Shown one piece after another: positions 56,361 to 64,000 of a stretch of 64,000 nucleotides of DNA. Source of the stretch: an uncultured Gemmatimonadales bacterium (GTDB lineage Bacteria > Gemmatimonadota > Gemmatimonadetes > Gemmatimonadales > GWC2-71-9); NCBI GenBank assembly GCA_963771275.1, contig CAVYSW010000006.1, forward strand, positions 128,001-192,000. Reading direction: 5' to 3'. Positions within the stretch are counted from its first letter, which is position 1. Each line of letters begins with the position of its first letter. Under the pieces are notes generated by a model. That model was not told where the DNA came from. It worked only from the letters and a program-made list of their open reading frames with translations, and ran no database searches. The translations under genes were made by a program, and so were the position numbers.

Positions 56361-57143
56361 GTGCCGACCACCGCGCTGCTGCTGCTCCCGGGGATGTCGC
56401 TCAACGCGACGCTGTTCCCGCGCTTCAACGTCCCGACTGTCGCCGCCGAGTTCAATCGCTCGGCGCCGCCGGCGGAGCGGCGCATGGAGCCCTACCTCGA
56501 GCGCGTGGACGCGCTGGCGACGCAGCCGACGTGGGTTGGCGCGGACAGGCGGATCGTCGTCGGTCACAGCTTCGGCGGCATGCTGGCGCTCGCCTGGCTA
56601 CTGCGGCACGCCTGCGCCGGCCCGGCGCGCGCGGACGGCCTCGTGCTGGTGAGCACGACGGCCGGGCCGATGTTCGACGCGGTGCGCGTCCGACTCGCGG
56701 GGGCAGGCCCGCTCGAGTGGCGGGTCGGCATCGGGCCGCTGCTGCCGCTGTGGAACAGCACCACCGTGACCCGCGGCGTCAAGCGGCTCCTGTCCGGCGG
56801 CTCACTCACCACGACCGACGTCGATTTCCAGCGGCTTGTGCTGCGGAGCGATATCGCCGTGGGGCTCGCGGGCTGGCGCAACACCAGCTGGGACGCGCGG
56901 CGGGCCTATCGCGGGGCGATGGACGGCTTCGACGTGCGACGCCGCCTCAAGGAGATCGCGTTGCCCACGATCGTGCTGCACGGCACCCGGGACCGGCTGT
57001 TCCCGTGCGGGACCGCGCGCGCGCTCGCGGCGGGCCTGCCCCGGGCGGAGCTCCGGATCGTCGAGGGCGCCGGTCACGTGCTCCCGCTCACCCACGGCGA
57101 CGCGGTGGTGACGGCGGTCAACGACCTGCTGCCCCGCCCCTAG
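56361..57143 (+). CDS. Alpha/beta hydrolase
   Basis: GTG 56361; LLPG, GHSFGG, HGTRD, GAGH. Confidence 0.87.
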   Translation: MPTTALLLLPGMSLNATLFPRFNVPTVAAEFNRSAPPAERRMEPYLERVDALATQPTWVGADRRIVVGHSFGGMLALAWLLRHACAGPARADGLVLVSTTAGPMFDAVRVRLAGAGPLEWRVGIGPLLPLWNSTTVTRGVKRLLSGGSLTTTDVDFQRLVLRSDIAVGLAGWRNTSWDARRAYRGAMDGFDVRRRLKEIALPTIVLHGTRDRLFPCGTARALAAGLPRAELRIVEGAGHVLPLTHGDAVVTAVNDLLPRP

Positions 57144-57321
57144 TACCGTTGGTCATACGTTCGATGACGCGTCTCACCGCGGAGTCCGCAGAGACCGCAG
57201 AGCAAGCCTGTGATCGTCGGTCGCTGGGGTCGGCGCATGGTGCGCAGCAGTTCCCTCACTCCGCGTGCTCGGCGACCTCTGCGGTGTAATACGTAACCGT
57301 AGTTGTGAGCTGATGTATTAG
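57140..57321. mobile_element. 182-bp MITE/REP-like element with 63-bp imperfect terminal inverted repeats
   Basis: 57140-57202 aligns without gaps to the reverse complement of 57259-57321 (40/63 identical by manual count). The inner part has 9-nt periodicity (CGCRGAG). The ends coincide with the stop codons of both convergent genes. Confidence 0.55.
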
Positions 57322-57683
57322 CCGGAGTCCTCGCGCGCCGCCTGCCGTTCCTTGTCGTACACCGACTTCTCGGCCCGCTCCAGCGCCGGGCGCAGCGCCG
57401 CGACGTAGTCCCGCAGTCCCCGGATCTTGCTCTGCGTCACGCCGCCGCGGCGCGCCAGCATGCCGAGCTGGTTCGCCTGGTCGGCGATCACCCCGAATCC
57501 CTTGCCGAGCAGCAGCCGGCCGAGGTCCAGGGCCGCCCGCCCGAGCACGATCGCGATCTGATCCTGTCCCTTCATGCCGCTGCCGTACTGCTCGACGAGC
57601 CCGTGAATGCGATCGAGCTTGCGACGGGCCATGGCGATGGTGTCCAGCTCCTGCTGCGCACCGGCGCTCAGCTTTCCGGTCAT
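57318..57683 (-). CDS. Hypothetical helical protein (possibly degenerate HPt-like bundle)
   Basis: 121-aa ORF with normal codon use. GRAALDLGRLLLGKGFGVIADQANQL resembles the HPt helix pair without the His. Confidence 0.6.
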   Translation of the reverse strand: MTGKLSAGAQQELDTIAMARRKLDRIHGLVEQYGSGMKGQDQIAIVLGRAALDLGRLLLGKGFGVIADQANQLGMLARRGGVTQSKIRGLRDYVAALRPALERAEKSVYDKERQAAREDSG

Positions 57684-57710
57684 GGCCAGCCCCTTTCGAC
57701 GCCCTGGGCG

Positions 57711-58751
57711 TCAGCTCCAGCGGAAGATCTTCAAGGACACCGCGAAGCTCGCGGCGGCCCAGATCAGCATGTTCGCGAGGTGTCCGGCGGTGGCGCGGAC
57801 GCCCGCCCCGTCCAGCAGTACGGCCCGCAGCCCGTCGTTCAACGCCGTGAGCGGCAGCGCCTGGATCAGCGGATGCAGCGCGTCCGGGAAATGCGACCAC
57901 GAGAAGAACACGCCCGAGAACACCCACATCGGCACCATCACCACGTTCATCAGGCCGGAGACGCCCTCGACCGTCTTCGCGCGGCTCGCCACCAGCAGCC
58001 CGAGCCCGGAGAACGCCAGGGCGCCGGCGAGCACGATCACCGACAGCAGCGGCAGCGACCCGCGGACCGGCACGTCGAACGCGAACGCGCCGAACGCCAG
58101 CACGGTCACGACTTCCGCGACCAGGAAGACCAGCCGGGCCAGCGCCTGCGACAGCAGGAATTCGCTCTTCCGCATCGGCGCGGCGAGCAGGCGCTTGAGC
58201 AATCCGCGGCTCCGCGTCCGCACGATGCCGAACCCGATACCCCACATGCCGGTCCCCATGATGTTGAGGCCGAGCAGTCCGGGAATCAGGAAATCGATGT
58301 AGCGCGAGCCCGGCTCCGTGACGGTGACGTCGCGGATGTCCCGTACGTCGCGCCGGCCGCCGGCCGCCTGCAACGCGTCGTTGACGAGCAGGCGGGCGAG
58401 TCGCGCCTCGTCCCGCGTCGAGTCGTAGCGCAGCTCGACCGGGTCGTGCGGATGGACCACCAGCGCCACGCGTCCCGTCCGCAGCCGGGCTTCGGCCTCG
58501 CTGCTGTCGAGCCGCACGACTCGGAGACCGCTCGCCGCGGTGAGCGCCCCCGCCACGACATCGGCCCCCGGCTCCTCCTGCACCGCGACCGTGATGGCCT
58601 GCGGCGCCCGGTTCTTGAACGCGATCCCCAGCGCGAGCGCCAGGAGGATCGGGAACGCGAACACCCAGAAGATCGCCTCGGGCTCGCGCCACAGCTCGCG
58701 CAGCCGCCAGAGCGTGAGCTGGACGAGCGGGCCGCCGCCCCGGTCACTCAT
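57711..58751 (-). CDS. ABC-2 type exporter permease
   Basis: REPEAIFW..FP, RYIDFLIPG, LKRL..APM, SGVFF, LPLT..NDGLR. Confidence 0.9.
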   Translation of the reverse strand: MSDRGGGPLVQLTLWRLRELWREPEAIFWVFAFPILLALALGIAFKNRAPQAITVAVQEEPGADVVAGALTAASGLRVVRLDSSEAEARLRTGRVALVVHPHDPVELRYDSTRDEARLARLLVNDALQAAGGRRDVRDIRDVTVTEPGSRYIDFLIPGLLGLNIMGTGMWGIGFGIVRTRSRGLLKRLLAAPMRKSEFLLSQALARLVFLVAEVVTVLAFGAFAFDVPVRGSLPLLSVIVLAGALAFSGLGLLVASRAKTVEGVSGLMNVVMVPMWVFSGVFFSWSHFPDALHPLIQALPLTALNDGLRAVLLDGAGVRATAGHLANMLIWAAASFAVSLKIFRWS

Positions 58752-59676
58752 CGCGCAGCGTCCGCCCGGTGTGATGCAGGAACACGTCTTCCAGCGTGGC
58801 GGTGTGGGTCGTGAGGGTGCTGAGCGACACGCCGCGCTCCGCGAGCAGCGCCATCAGCGCCGGCACGGCGGTGTGCACCTGCGCCACCGTGAGGCGGGTC
58901 GTGCCGTCCTCCGCGTGCACCTCGCGCACTCCCGGCAGCGCATCGAGCTCGGCGCGCTCCGGCGCGCGTCCCGCCGCCACCCCGAACTCCACGACGTGCG
59001 CGGCGCCGAGCGAGGCCACCAGCTCGCGCGGCGTGCCGAGCGCGATCACGCGGCCGTGGTCCACGATCGCGACCCGGTCGCACAGCCGCTCCGCCTCGTC
59101 CATGTAGTGCGTGGTGAGCAGCACTGTGCGCCCTTCGGCCTTGAGCGCCGTGATGAGATCCCACAGCTGCCGGCGGGCCTGGGGATCGAGCCCGGCCGTC
59201 GGCTCGTCGAGGAACAGGATCTCGGGCGCGCTCACCAGCGCCACCGCGATCGCGAGGCGCTGGCGCTGCCCGCCGGAGAGGTTCTTGACGTAGGCGCCGC
59301 GCTTCTCCCGGAGCCCGACCACGCCGAGCGCGTCCTCCACGCGCATGCCCGCCGGGAAGAAGCTGCGGAACAGCTGCAGCGTCTCCCGCACGGTGAGCTT
59401 CTCCGGGAACAGCGTCTCCTGGAGCTGCGTCCCCATGCGGAGCCGCAGGGCGTTCGCGTCCCGCGCCCACGTGCGGCCCAGCACTTCGACCTCACCGGCG
59501 TCGGCGGCCAGCAGCCCCTGGAGGATCTCGACCGTCGTCGTCTTCCCCGCTCCGTTTGGGCCCAGCAGCCCGAAGCACTCGCCGGTCGCGACCTCGAGGT
59601 CGAGGCCGTCGAGCGCGACGACGTCGCCGTAGCGTTTGACGAGTCCGTGACAGCGAATCGCGAGCGGCTGAGCCAT
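58744..59676 (-). CDS. ABC-2 type exporter ATP-binding protein
   Basis: ATG 59676; GPNGAGKT, LSGGQ, LFLDEPT, TTHY. Confidence 0.93.
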   Translation of the reverse strand: MAQPLAIRCHGLVKRYGDVVALDGLDLEVATGECFGLLGPNGAGKTTTVEILQGLLAADAGEVEVLGRTWARDANALRLRMGTQLQETLFPEKLTVRETLQLFRSFFPAGMRVEDALGVVGLREKRGAYVKNLSGGQRQRLAIAVALVSAPEILFLDEPTAGLDPQARRQLWDLITALKAEGRTVLLTTHYMDEAERLCDRVAIVDHGRVIALGTPRELVASLGAAHVVEFGVAAGRAPERAELDALPGVREVHAEDGTTRLTVAQVHTAVPALMALLAERGVSLSTLTTHTATLEDVFLHHTGRTLRDE

Positions 59677-59756
59677 GCGGCGCAATCAACGACGGCACCC
59701 ACCCGAATGCAAGGCGATCCGCCACGGCGCCGCGCCCCGATTACCTTTCTCCGCCC

Positions 59757-60587
59757 ATGTGGACCTACGTGCTGCGCGCCCTGGTGCTCGCCCTCCTCGT
59801 GTACGGGCTGCTCGTCGTGCTCGGCTGGCGCTATCAGGATCGCCTGGCGTTTCCCGCGCCGCGGACGCGACTCCCGGCGCCGTCGGACGCGGGCCTCCCC
59901 GACGGCCGTCGCGTGGAGGTCCGCACCGCCGACGGCGTGACGCTGCGCGGCTGGTACCTGCCGCCCGTGAGCGGGACGCCGCGTCCGGCACCCGGGCTGC
60001 TCTGGTTCTGCGGCAACATGGAGACCGTGGCCGGCATGGGGCCGCTCGCCGCGGCGTGGCGCCCGCCCGAGGCGGCCCTGCTGTTCCTCGACTACCGCGG
60101 CTACGGCGAGAGCGACGGGCAGCCCACCGAGACCGGCTTGTACCGCGACGGCGAGGCCGCGTGGGCGTTTCTCACCGCGCAACCGGAAGTCGACCCCGCG
60201 CGCGTGGCCGTGTACGGTCGGTCGCTCGGCAGCGCCGTGGCGTTGGAGCTCGCCGCGCGCCATCCGGTCCGCGCCGTCGTGTTGGACAGCCCGTTCTCGA
60301 GCGCCAGCGCGCTCGCCCGCCTGCACTATTGGTTTCTCCCGCCCGGCGTCGTGCGCCTCTCGATGGACAACCTCGCCCGCGCACGCCTGCTCACCGCCCC
60401 GTTGTTCGTCGCGCACGGCACCGAGGACCGCATCGCGCCGATCGCCATGGGACGCGCGGTGGCGGAGGCCGGCCGCGCCGCCACGTTCCTCGCGATTCCG
60501 GACGCGGGCCACAACGACACGTACGACCTGGGCGACGCCCGCTACCGCGACGCGATGACCGCCTTCCTGCGCGACGCCTTCCGGTGA
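59757..60587 (+). CDS. Membrane-anchored alpha/beta hydrolase (BEM46/ABHD13-like)
   Basis: N-terminal TM helix; DYRGYG, GRSLG, HGTED, AGHND. Confidence 0.88.
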   Translation: MWTYVLRALVLALLVYGLLVVLGWRYQDRLAFPAPRTRLPAPSDAGLPDGRRVEVRTADGVTLRGWYLPPVSGTPRPAPGLLWFCGNMETVAGMGPLAAAWRPPEAALLFLDYRGYGESDGQPTETGLYRDGEAAWAFLTAQPEVDPARVAVYGRSLGSAVALELAARHPVRAVVLDSPFSSASALARLHYWFLPPGVVRLSMDNLARARLLTAPLFVAHGTEDRIAPIAMGRAVAEAGRAATFLAIPDAGHNDTYDLGDARYRDAMTAFLRDAFR

Positions 60588-60712
60588 CCGCTCCCGACCG
60601 GCCGAACCACCGCCTGGCGGACCGCGTCCGCCTTGAGCAGCGCAGGACACCGCCGTATCCTCATTCGGGGCGTTCACCCGCATTCGTTCCATCTCTCGTC
60701 CAGGATGCCGTC

Positions 60713-62368
60713 ATGCGATTCTCGCTCGTCGCCGCCGCCTTGCTGCTGAGCCCGCTCGGCGCCGCGGCTCAGCAGCCCGCCGACCTCATCATCGTCAATG
60801 CCCGGATCTACACCGCGGATCAGAACCACCCCGTGGTGGCGGCGCTCGCCGTCCGGGGCGACCGGATCGCGTTCGTGGGCAGCCGGCGCGAAGCGGAGGC
60901 CCTCGCCGGCCCGAACACCACGCGCCTCGACCTGGCGGGCAAGACGGTGATTCCCGGCATGGTCGACGCCCACACCCACCTGCTCGGCCTCGGCCAGGCG
61001 CTGCGCATCGTGGACCTCGTGGGCACGGAGTCCTCTGACGCGGTGATTGCCCGGGTCGCGGAACGGGTCAAGACCGCGCGGCCCGGTGAGTGGATCCGCG
61101 GGCGCGGCTGGGATCAGAACGACTGGTCCGACCAGCGGTTCCCGACGCACGAGGCGCTGTCGCGCGCCGTGCCGGACAATCCGGTGTACCTCACGCGCGT
61201 GGACGGCCACGCCGCCCTGGTGAACGCCAAGGCGATGGAGCTGGCGGGCATCACGGCGGCCACCAAGGATCCGCAGGGCGGCCGCCTGATCCGCGACGCC
61301 AAGGGCAACCCCACCGGCGTGCTGGTCGACGCGGCGCAGGGACTGGTCGGGCGCGTCATCCCGGCCGATTCGAAGGACGAGATCAAGGCCGCGACCCTGG
61401 CGGCAATCGCGGAAGCCAACCAGTACGGCCTCACGGGGATCCACGATGCCGGCGTGAGCCCCGACGTGATCGCCAGCTACGAGGAGCTGGCCCGGGCCGG
61501 CCAGTACAACCTGCGGAACTACGTCATGGTCCGGGCCGACGAGCAGACGCTCGCCGGGATCATGCGGCAGGGCCGCCGCCTCGCCGTGGACGACCGGCTC
61601 TGGCTTCGCAGCATCAAGATCGTGGCGGACGGCGCGCTGGGGAGCCGCGGCGCCGCCATGCTGGAGGATTACTCCGACGAGCCGGGCAACCGTGGCCTCA
61701 TCACGACCGACACGGCGGCGTTCCACCGCATCGCCGTCCAGGCGCTGAAGAGCGGGTTCCAGGTCAACGTGCACGCCATCGGGGACCGCGCCAACCGCAT
61801 CGCGCTGGACATCTTCGAGGCCGCGCTCGACGCGGTGCCGACGGCCGATCACCGCTTCCGGGTCGAGCACGCGCAGATCCTCACGTACCAGGACATCCCG
61901 CGGTTCGCCCAGCTCGGCGTGATCCCGTCGATGCAGGGGAGCCACCAGACGAGCGACATGTACTGGGCGATCAACCGCATCGGCTGGAGCCGTGCCGCGG
62001 GCGCCTACGCGTGGCGCTCGCTGCTCAACACCGGCGTGGTGATCCCCAACGGGTCGGACTTCCCGGTGGAATCGCCCAACCCGCTGATCTCGTTCCGTGC
62101 GTTCTTCACGCGGATGGATGCAAACGATTTCCCGCCGGGCGGCTGGTTCCCCGGGCAGCGCACCACGCGCCAGGAGGCGCTGCTCAGCATCACCCTCTGG
62201 CCGGCCTACGCCGCGTTCATGGAGGACGTGAGCGGGTCGCTGACCCCGGGGAAGTACGCCGACTTCGTCGTGCTGGACCGGGACATCATGACGGTCGCCG
62301 AGACGGAAGTGCTCGGCACGCAGGTGCTGGCGACGTACCTGGGCGGGAAGCCGGTCTACCGCCACTGA
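60713..62368 (+). CDS. Secreted amidohydrolase_3 (YtcJ-like)
   Basis: ATG 60713 with signal peptide; PGMVDAHTH, GWDQ, DGH, KIVADGALGSRGA, HAIGD, RVEHAQ, GSDFPV, GKYADF. Confidence 0.9.
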   Translation: MRFSLVAAALLLSPLGAAAQQPADLIIVNARIYTADQNHPVVAALAVRGDRIAFVGSRREAEALAGPNTTRLDLAGKTVIPGMVDAHTHLLGLGQALRIVDLVGTESSDAVIARVAERVKTARPGEWIRGRGWDQNDWSDQRFPTHEALSRAVPDNPVYLTRVDGHAALVNAKAMELAGITAATKDPQGGRLIRDAKGNPTGVLVDAAQGLVGRVIPADSKDEIKAATLAAIAEANQYGLTGIHDAGVSPDVIASYEELARAGQYNLRNYVMVRADEQTLAGIMRQGRRLAVDDRLWLRSIKIVADGALGSRGAAMLEDYSDEPGNRGLITTDTAAFHRIAVQALKSGFQVNVHAIGDRANRIALDIFEAALDAVPTADHRFRVEHAQILTYQDIPRFAQLGVIPSMQGSHQTSDMYWAINRIGWSRAAGAYAWRSLLNTGVVIPNGSDFPVESPNPLISFRAFFTRMDANDFPPGGWFPGQRTTRQEALLSITLWPAYAAFMEDVSGSLTPGKYADFVVLDRDIMTVAETEVLGTQVLATYLGGKPVYRH

Positions 62369-62444
62369 GCGCGGTTCAACCCCGCGCGCCACCAGCCGCC
62401 GTGCGCCGGCAGCGGCGCGGCAGGAGGTTTTTCCGTCCGGAGCC

Positions 62445-63281
62445 ATGAGCACGATCGAGTTCAGTCTGTGGACGGCGGTGGGGTCCTTCATCGCCGGGTT
62501 CATCGGCTCCCTCACGGGACTCGGCGGTGGGGTCGTGATCGTGCCCATGCTCACCCTGGTATTCCACGTCGACATCCGCTATGCGATCGGCGCGTCCCTG
62601 GTGGCGGTGATCGCCACGTCCTCCGGCGCCGCCGCGGCGTTCGTCAGGGAGGGATACACCAATCTGCGGATCGGCATGTTCCTGGAGATCGCCACCACGT
62701 TCGGCGCGCTGGGGGGGGCGGCCCTGGCCGGGTGGATCTCGCCATCCATCGTCGGTCTGATCTTCGGGCTGGTGCTGGTCTATTCCGCCTTCATGGCGGC
62801 CCGACCGCAGCCGCACGACCGCACCGCGGGCGAGGCTGAGCGTCTCGCGACGGTCTTGCAGCTGGACTCGTCGTTTCCCGCTCCCGAAGGCACCCGGGAC
62901 TACCACGTGCGCGCGGTCCCGTTCGGGTTCGGGATGATGTTCCTGGCCGGCACGATCTCCGGGCTGCTCGGGATCGGCTCGGGCGCCTTCAAGGTCGTCG
63001 CGATGGATCAGGTGATGCGCATCCCGTTCAAGGTCTCGACGACCACGAGCAACTTCATGATCGGGGTGACCGCCGCCGCCAGCGCGGGCGTGTACCTCAA
63101 CCGGGGCTACATCGACCCCGGCATGGCGGCGCCCATCATGCTGGGCGTCCTCGCCGGGTCGCTCGTGGGCGCCCGGCTGCTCTCCAAGGCCGCCACCGGC
63201 ATGCTGCGCGTGCTGTTCGCGATCGTGATCCTGGTGCTGGCCATCGAGATGATCTACAGCGCGGTCGCGGGGAGGCTGTGA
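62445..63281 (+). CDS. TSUP (TauE/SafE) family transporter
   Basis: GLGGG...AIGASL, GLLGIGSG, STTTSNFMIGVT. Confidence 0.9.
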   Translation: MSTIEFSLWTAVGSFIAGFIGSLTGLGGGVVIVPMLTLVFHVDIRYAIGASLVAVIATSSGAAAAFVREGYTNLRIGMFLEIATTFGALGGAALAGWISPSIVGLIFGLVLVYSAFMAARPQPHDRTAGEAERLATVLQLDSSFPAPEGTRDYHVRAVPFGFGMMFLAGTISGLLGIGSGAFKVVAMDQVMRIPFKVSTTTSNFMIGVTAAASAGVYLNRGYIDPGMAAPIMLGVLAGSLVGARLLSKAATGMLRVLFAIVILVLAIEMIYSAVAGRL

Positions 63282-63285
63282 GCCG

Positions 63286-63675
63286 GTGTTCAGACGCCTG
63301 AAGGAATGCGGCGAGCTCCAGATGGAAGTGTATCTGGCGCGCCTCCTCCGGATCGGGGTGATCGTGGCGGGGGCCGTCGTGGCGGTCGGCCTGGGCCTGT
63401 TCCTGTACCGACACGGCTCTGCGGTGCCAGACTACCGGGTCTTCAAGGGTGAACCCGCCGACCTCCGCAGCATCACGGCCATCGTGCACGAAGCGCTGGA
63501 CTTCAGGCGGCGCGGCGTGATGCAGCTGGGCCTGCTGCTGATGATCGCGACACCGGTGGCACGGGTGGCGTTCTCCGTGCTCGCCTTCGTCTGCCAGCGC
63601 GACCGGGTCTATGTGCTGGTCACGCTCATCGTGCTGGGCGCGCTGCTCTACAGCATGGCCGGCGGCCTGCCGTAG
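63286..63675 (+). CDS. DUF1634 membrane protein
   Basis: LLRIGV, GLLLMIATPVARV, D..YV; this family usually follows TSUP genes. Confidence 0.85.
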   Translation: MFRRLKECGELQMEVYLARLLRIGVIVAGAVVAVGLGLFLYRHGSAVPDYRVFKGEPADLRSITAIVHEALDFRRRGVMQLGLLLMIATPVARVAFSVLAFVCQRDRVYVLVTLIVLGALLYSMAGGLP

Positions 63676-63828
63676 GGCGCGGCCTGCCGTCGCCTGGGGT
63701 CACTCCACACCAGGTGCCTGGCCGCAGGTCCCGGAGGACGCGTCGGTGAGCGGCGAGCGCCCTACCGACCCGCCTCCCGTGCGCATTGCGGCGATCGAAG
63801 TCCCCCGCGGGACGTGTCCGGCGGTTTT

Positions 63829-64000
63829 CTACCGGCGCTCGAACACCCCGTCCCGGCTGCGTTCCACCTGCCAGGCGAGCACGGCCGCCAGGCCGACGAC
63901 GCCCGCCGCGACGAAGAACGGCACGCCCGTGCCGAGTGCCTGAAACGCCGCCGTCGCCCCGATCGGCGCGACCACGCGGGCGACCCCGCCGAACGTCTGC
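63829..64000 (-). CDS. MFS transporter (TetA/DHA1-like), C-terminal end only
   Basis: Manual translation QTFGGVARVVAPIGATAAFQALGTGVPFFVAAGVVGLAAVLAWQVERSRDGVFERR*, stop at 63829-63831. Confidence 0.65.
   Translation of the reverse strand, partial: QTFGGVARVVAPIGATAAFQALGTGVPFFVAAGVVGLAAVLAWQVERSRDGVFERR

Noticed and set aside
63676..63828. GC-rich hairpins between DUF1634 and the MFS gene as an ncRNA
   Set aside because: No recognisable family motif. Such stems are expected by chance at this GC content or may be simple terminators.

Overview
High-GC bacterial window. The gene content and codon style suggest Gemmatimonadota, which is an inference. It is almost fully coding, and I saw no rRNA, tRNA, CRISPR array or transposase. 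Main blocks: (1) gdhA followed by two PEP-synthase/PPDK-like ATP-grasp proteins that lack the pyruvate/PEP barrel, one fused to a GAF-like N-terminus and a C-terminal nucleotidyltransferase; (2) a frameshifted Ig-repeat M8 (leishmanolysin-like) lipoprotein and an S9 peptidase; (3) a translationally coupled sphingolipid operon (Spt, bCerS, CerR-like, Aur1/IPC-synthase-like PAP2), flanked by a PAP2 phosphatase, a DedA/VTT protein and an NPP/alkaline-phosphatase-family enzyme; (4) VIT-vWA, ECF sigma and zinc anti-sigma; (5) alternative complex III actABCDEF followed by CMD and XdhC genes; (6) a probable oligosaccharide-use locus (ABC family-5 binding protein and permeases, GHMP kinase, heparinase II/III-like lyase, TrmJ, class III aminotransferase, two amidohydrolases, GH38); (7) a pseudokinase-kinase tandem protein, a methyltransferase, a nitrilase with a catalytic Lys-to-Met change, a frameshifted TPR/GWxTD-like gene, hydrolases, an ABC-2 exporter, TSUP/DUF1634 and a partial MFS gene. 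Several intergenic regions carry short-period inverted repeat arrays that end on or next to stop codons. The strongest candidates for an undescribed system are the sphingolipid head-group locus and the gdhA-linked dikinase/nucleotidyltransferase pair. All calls come from motif recognition by eye; no searches were run.
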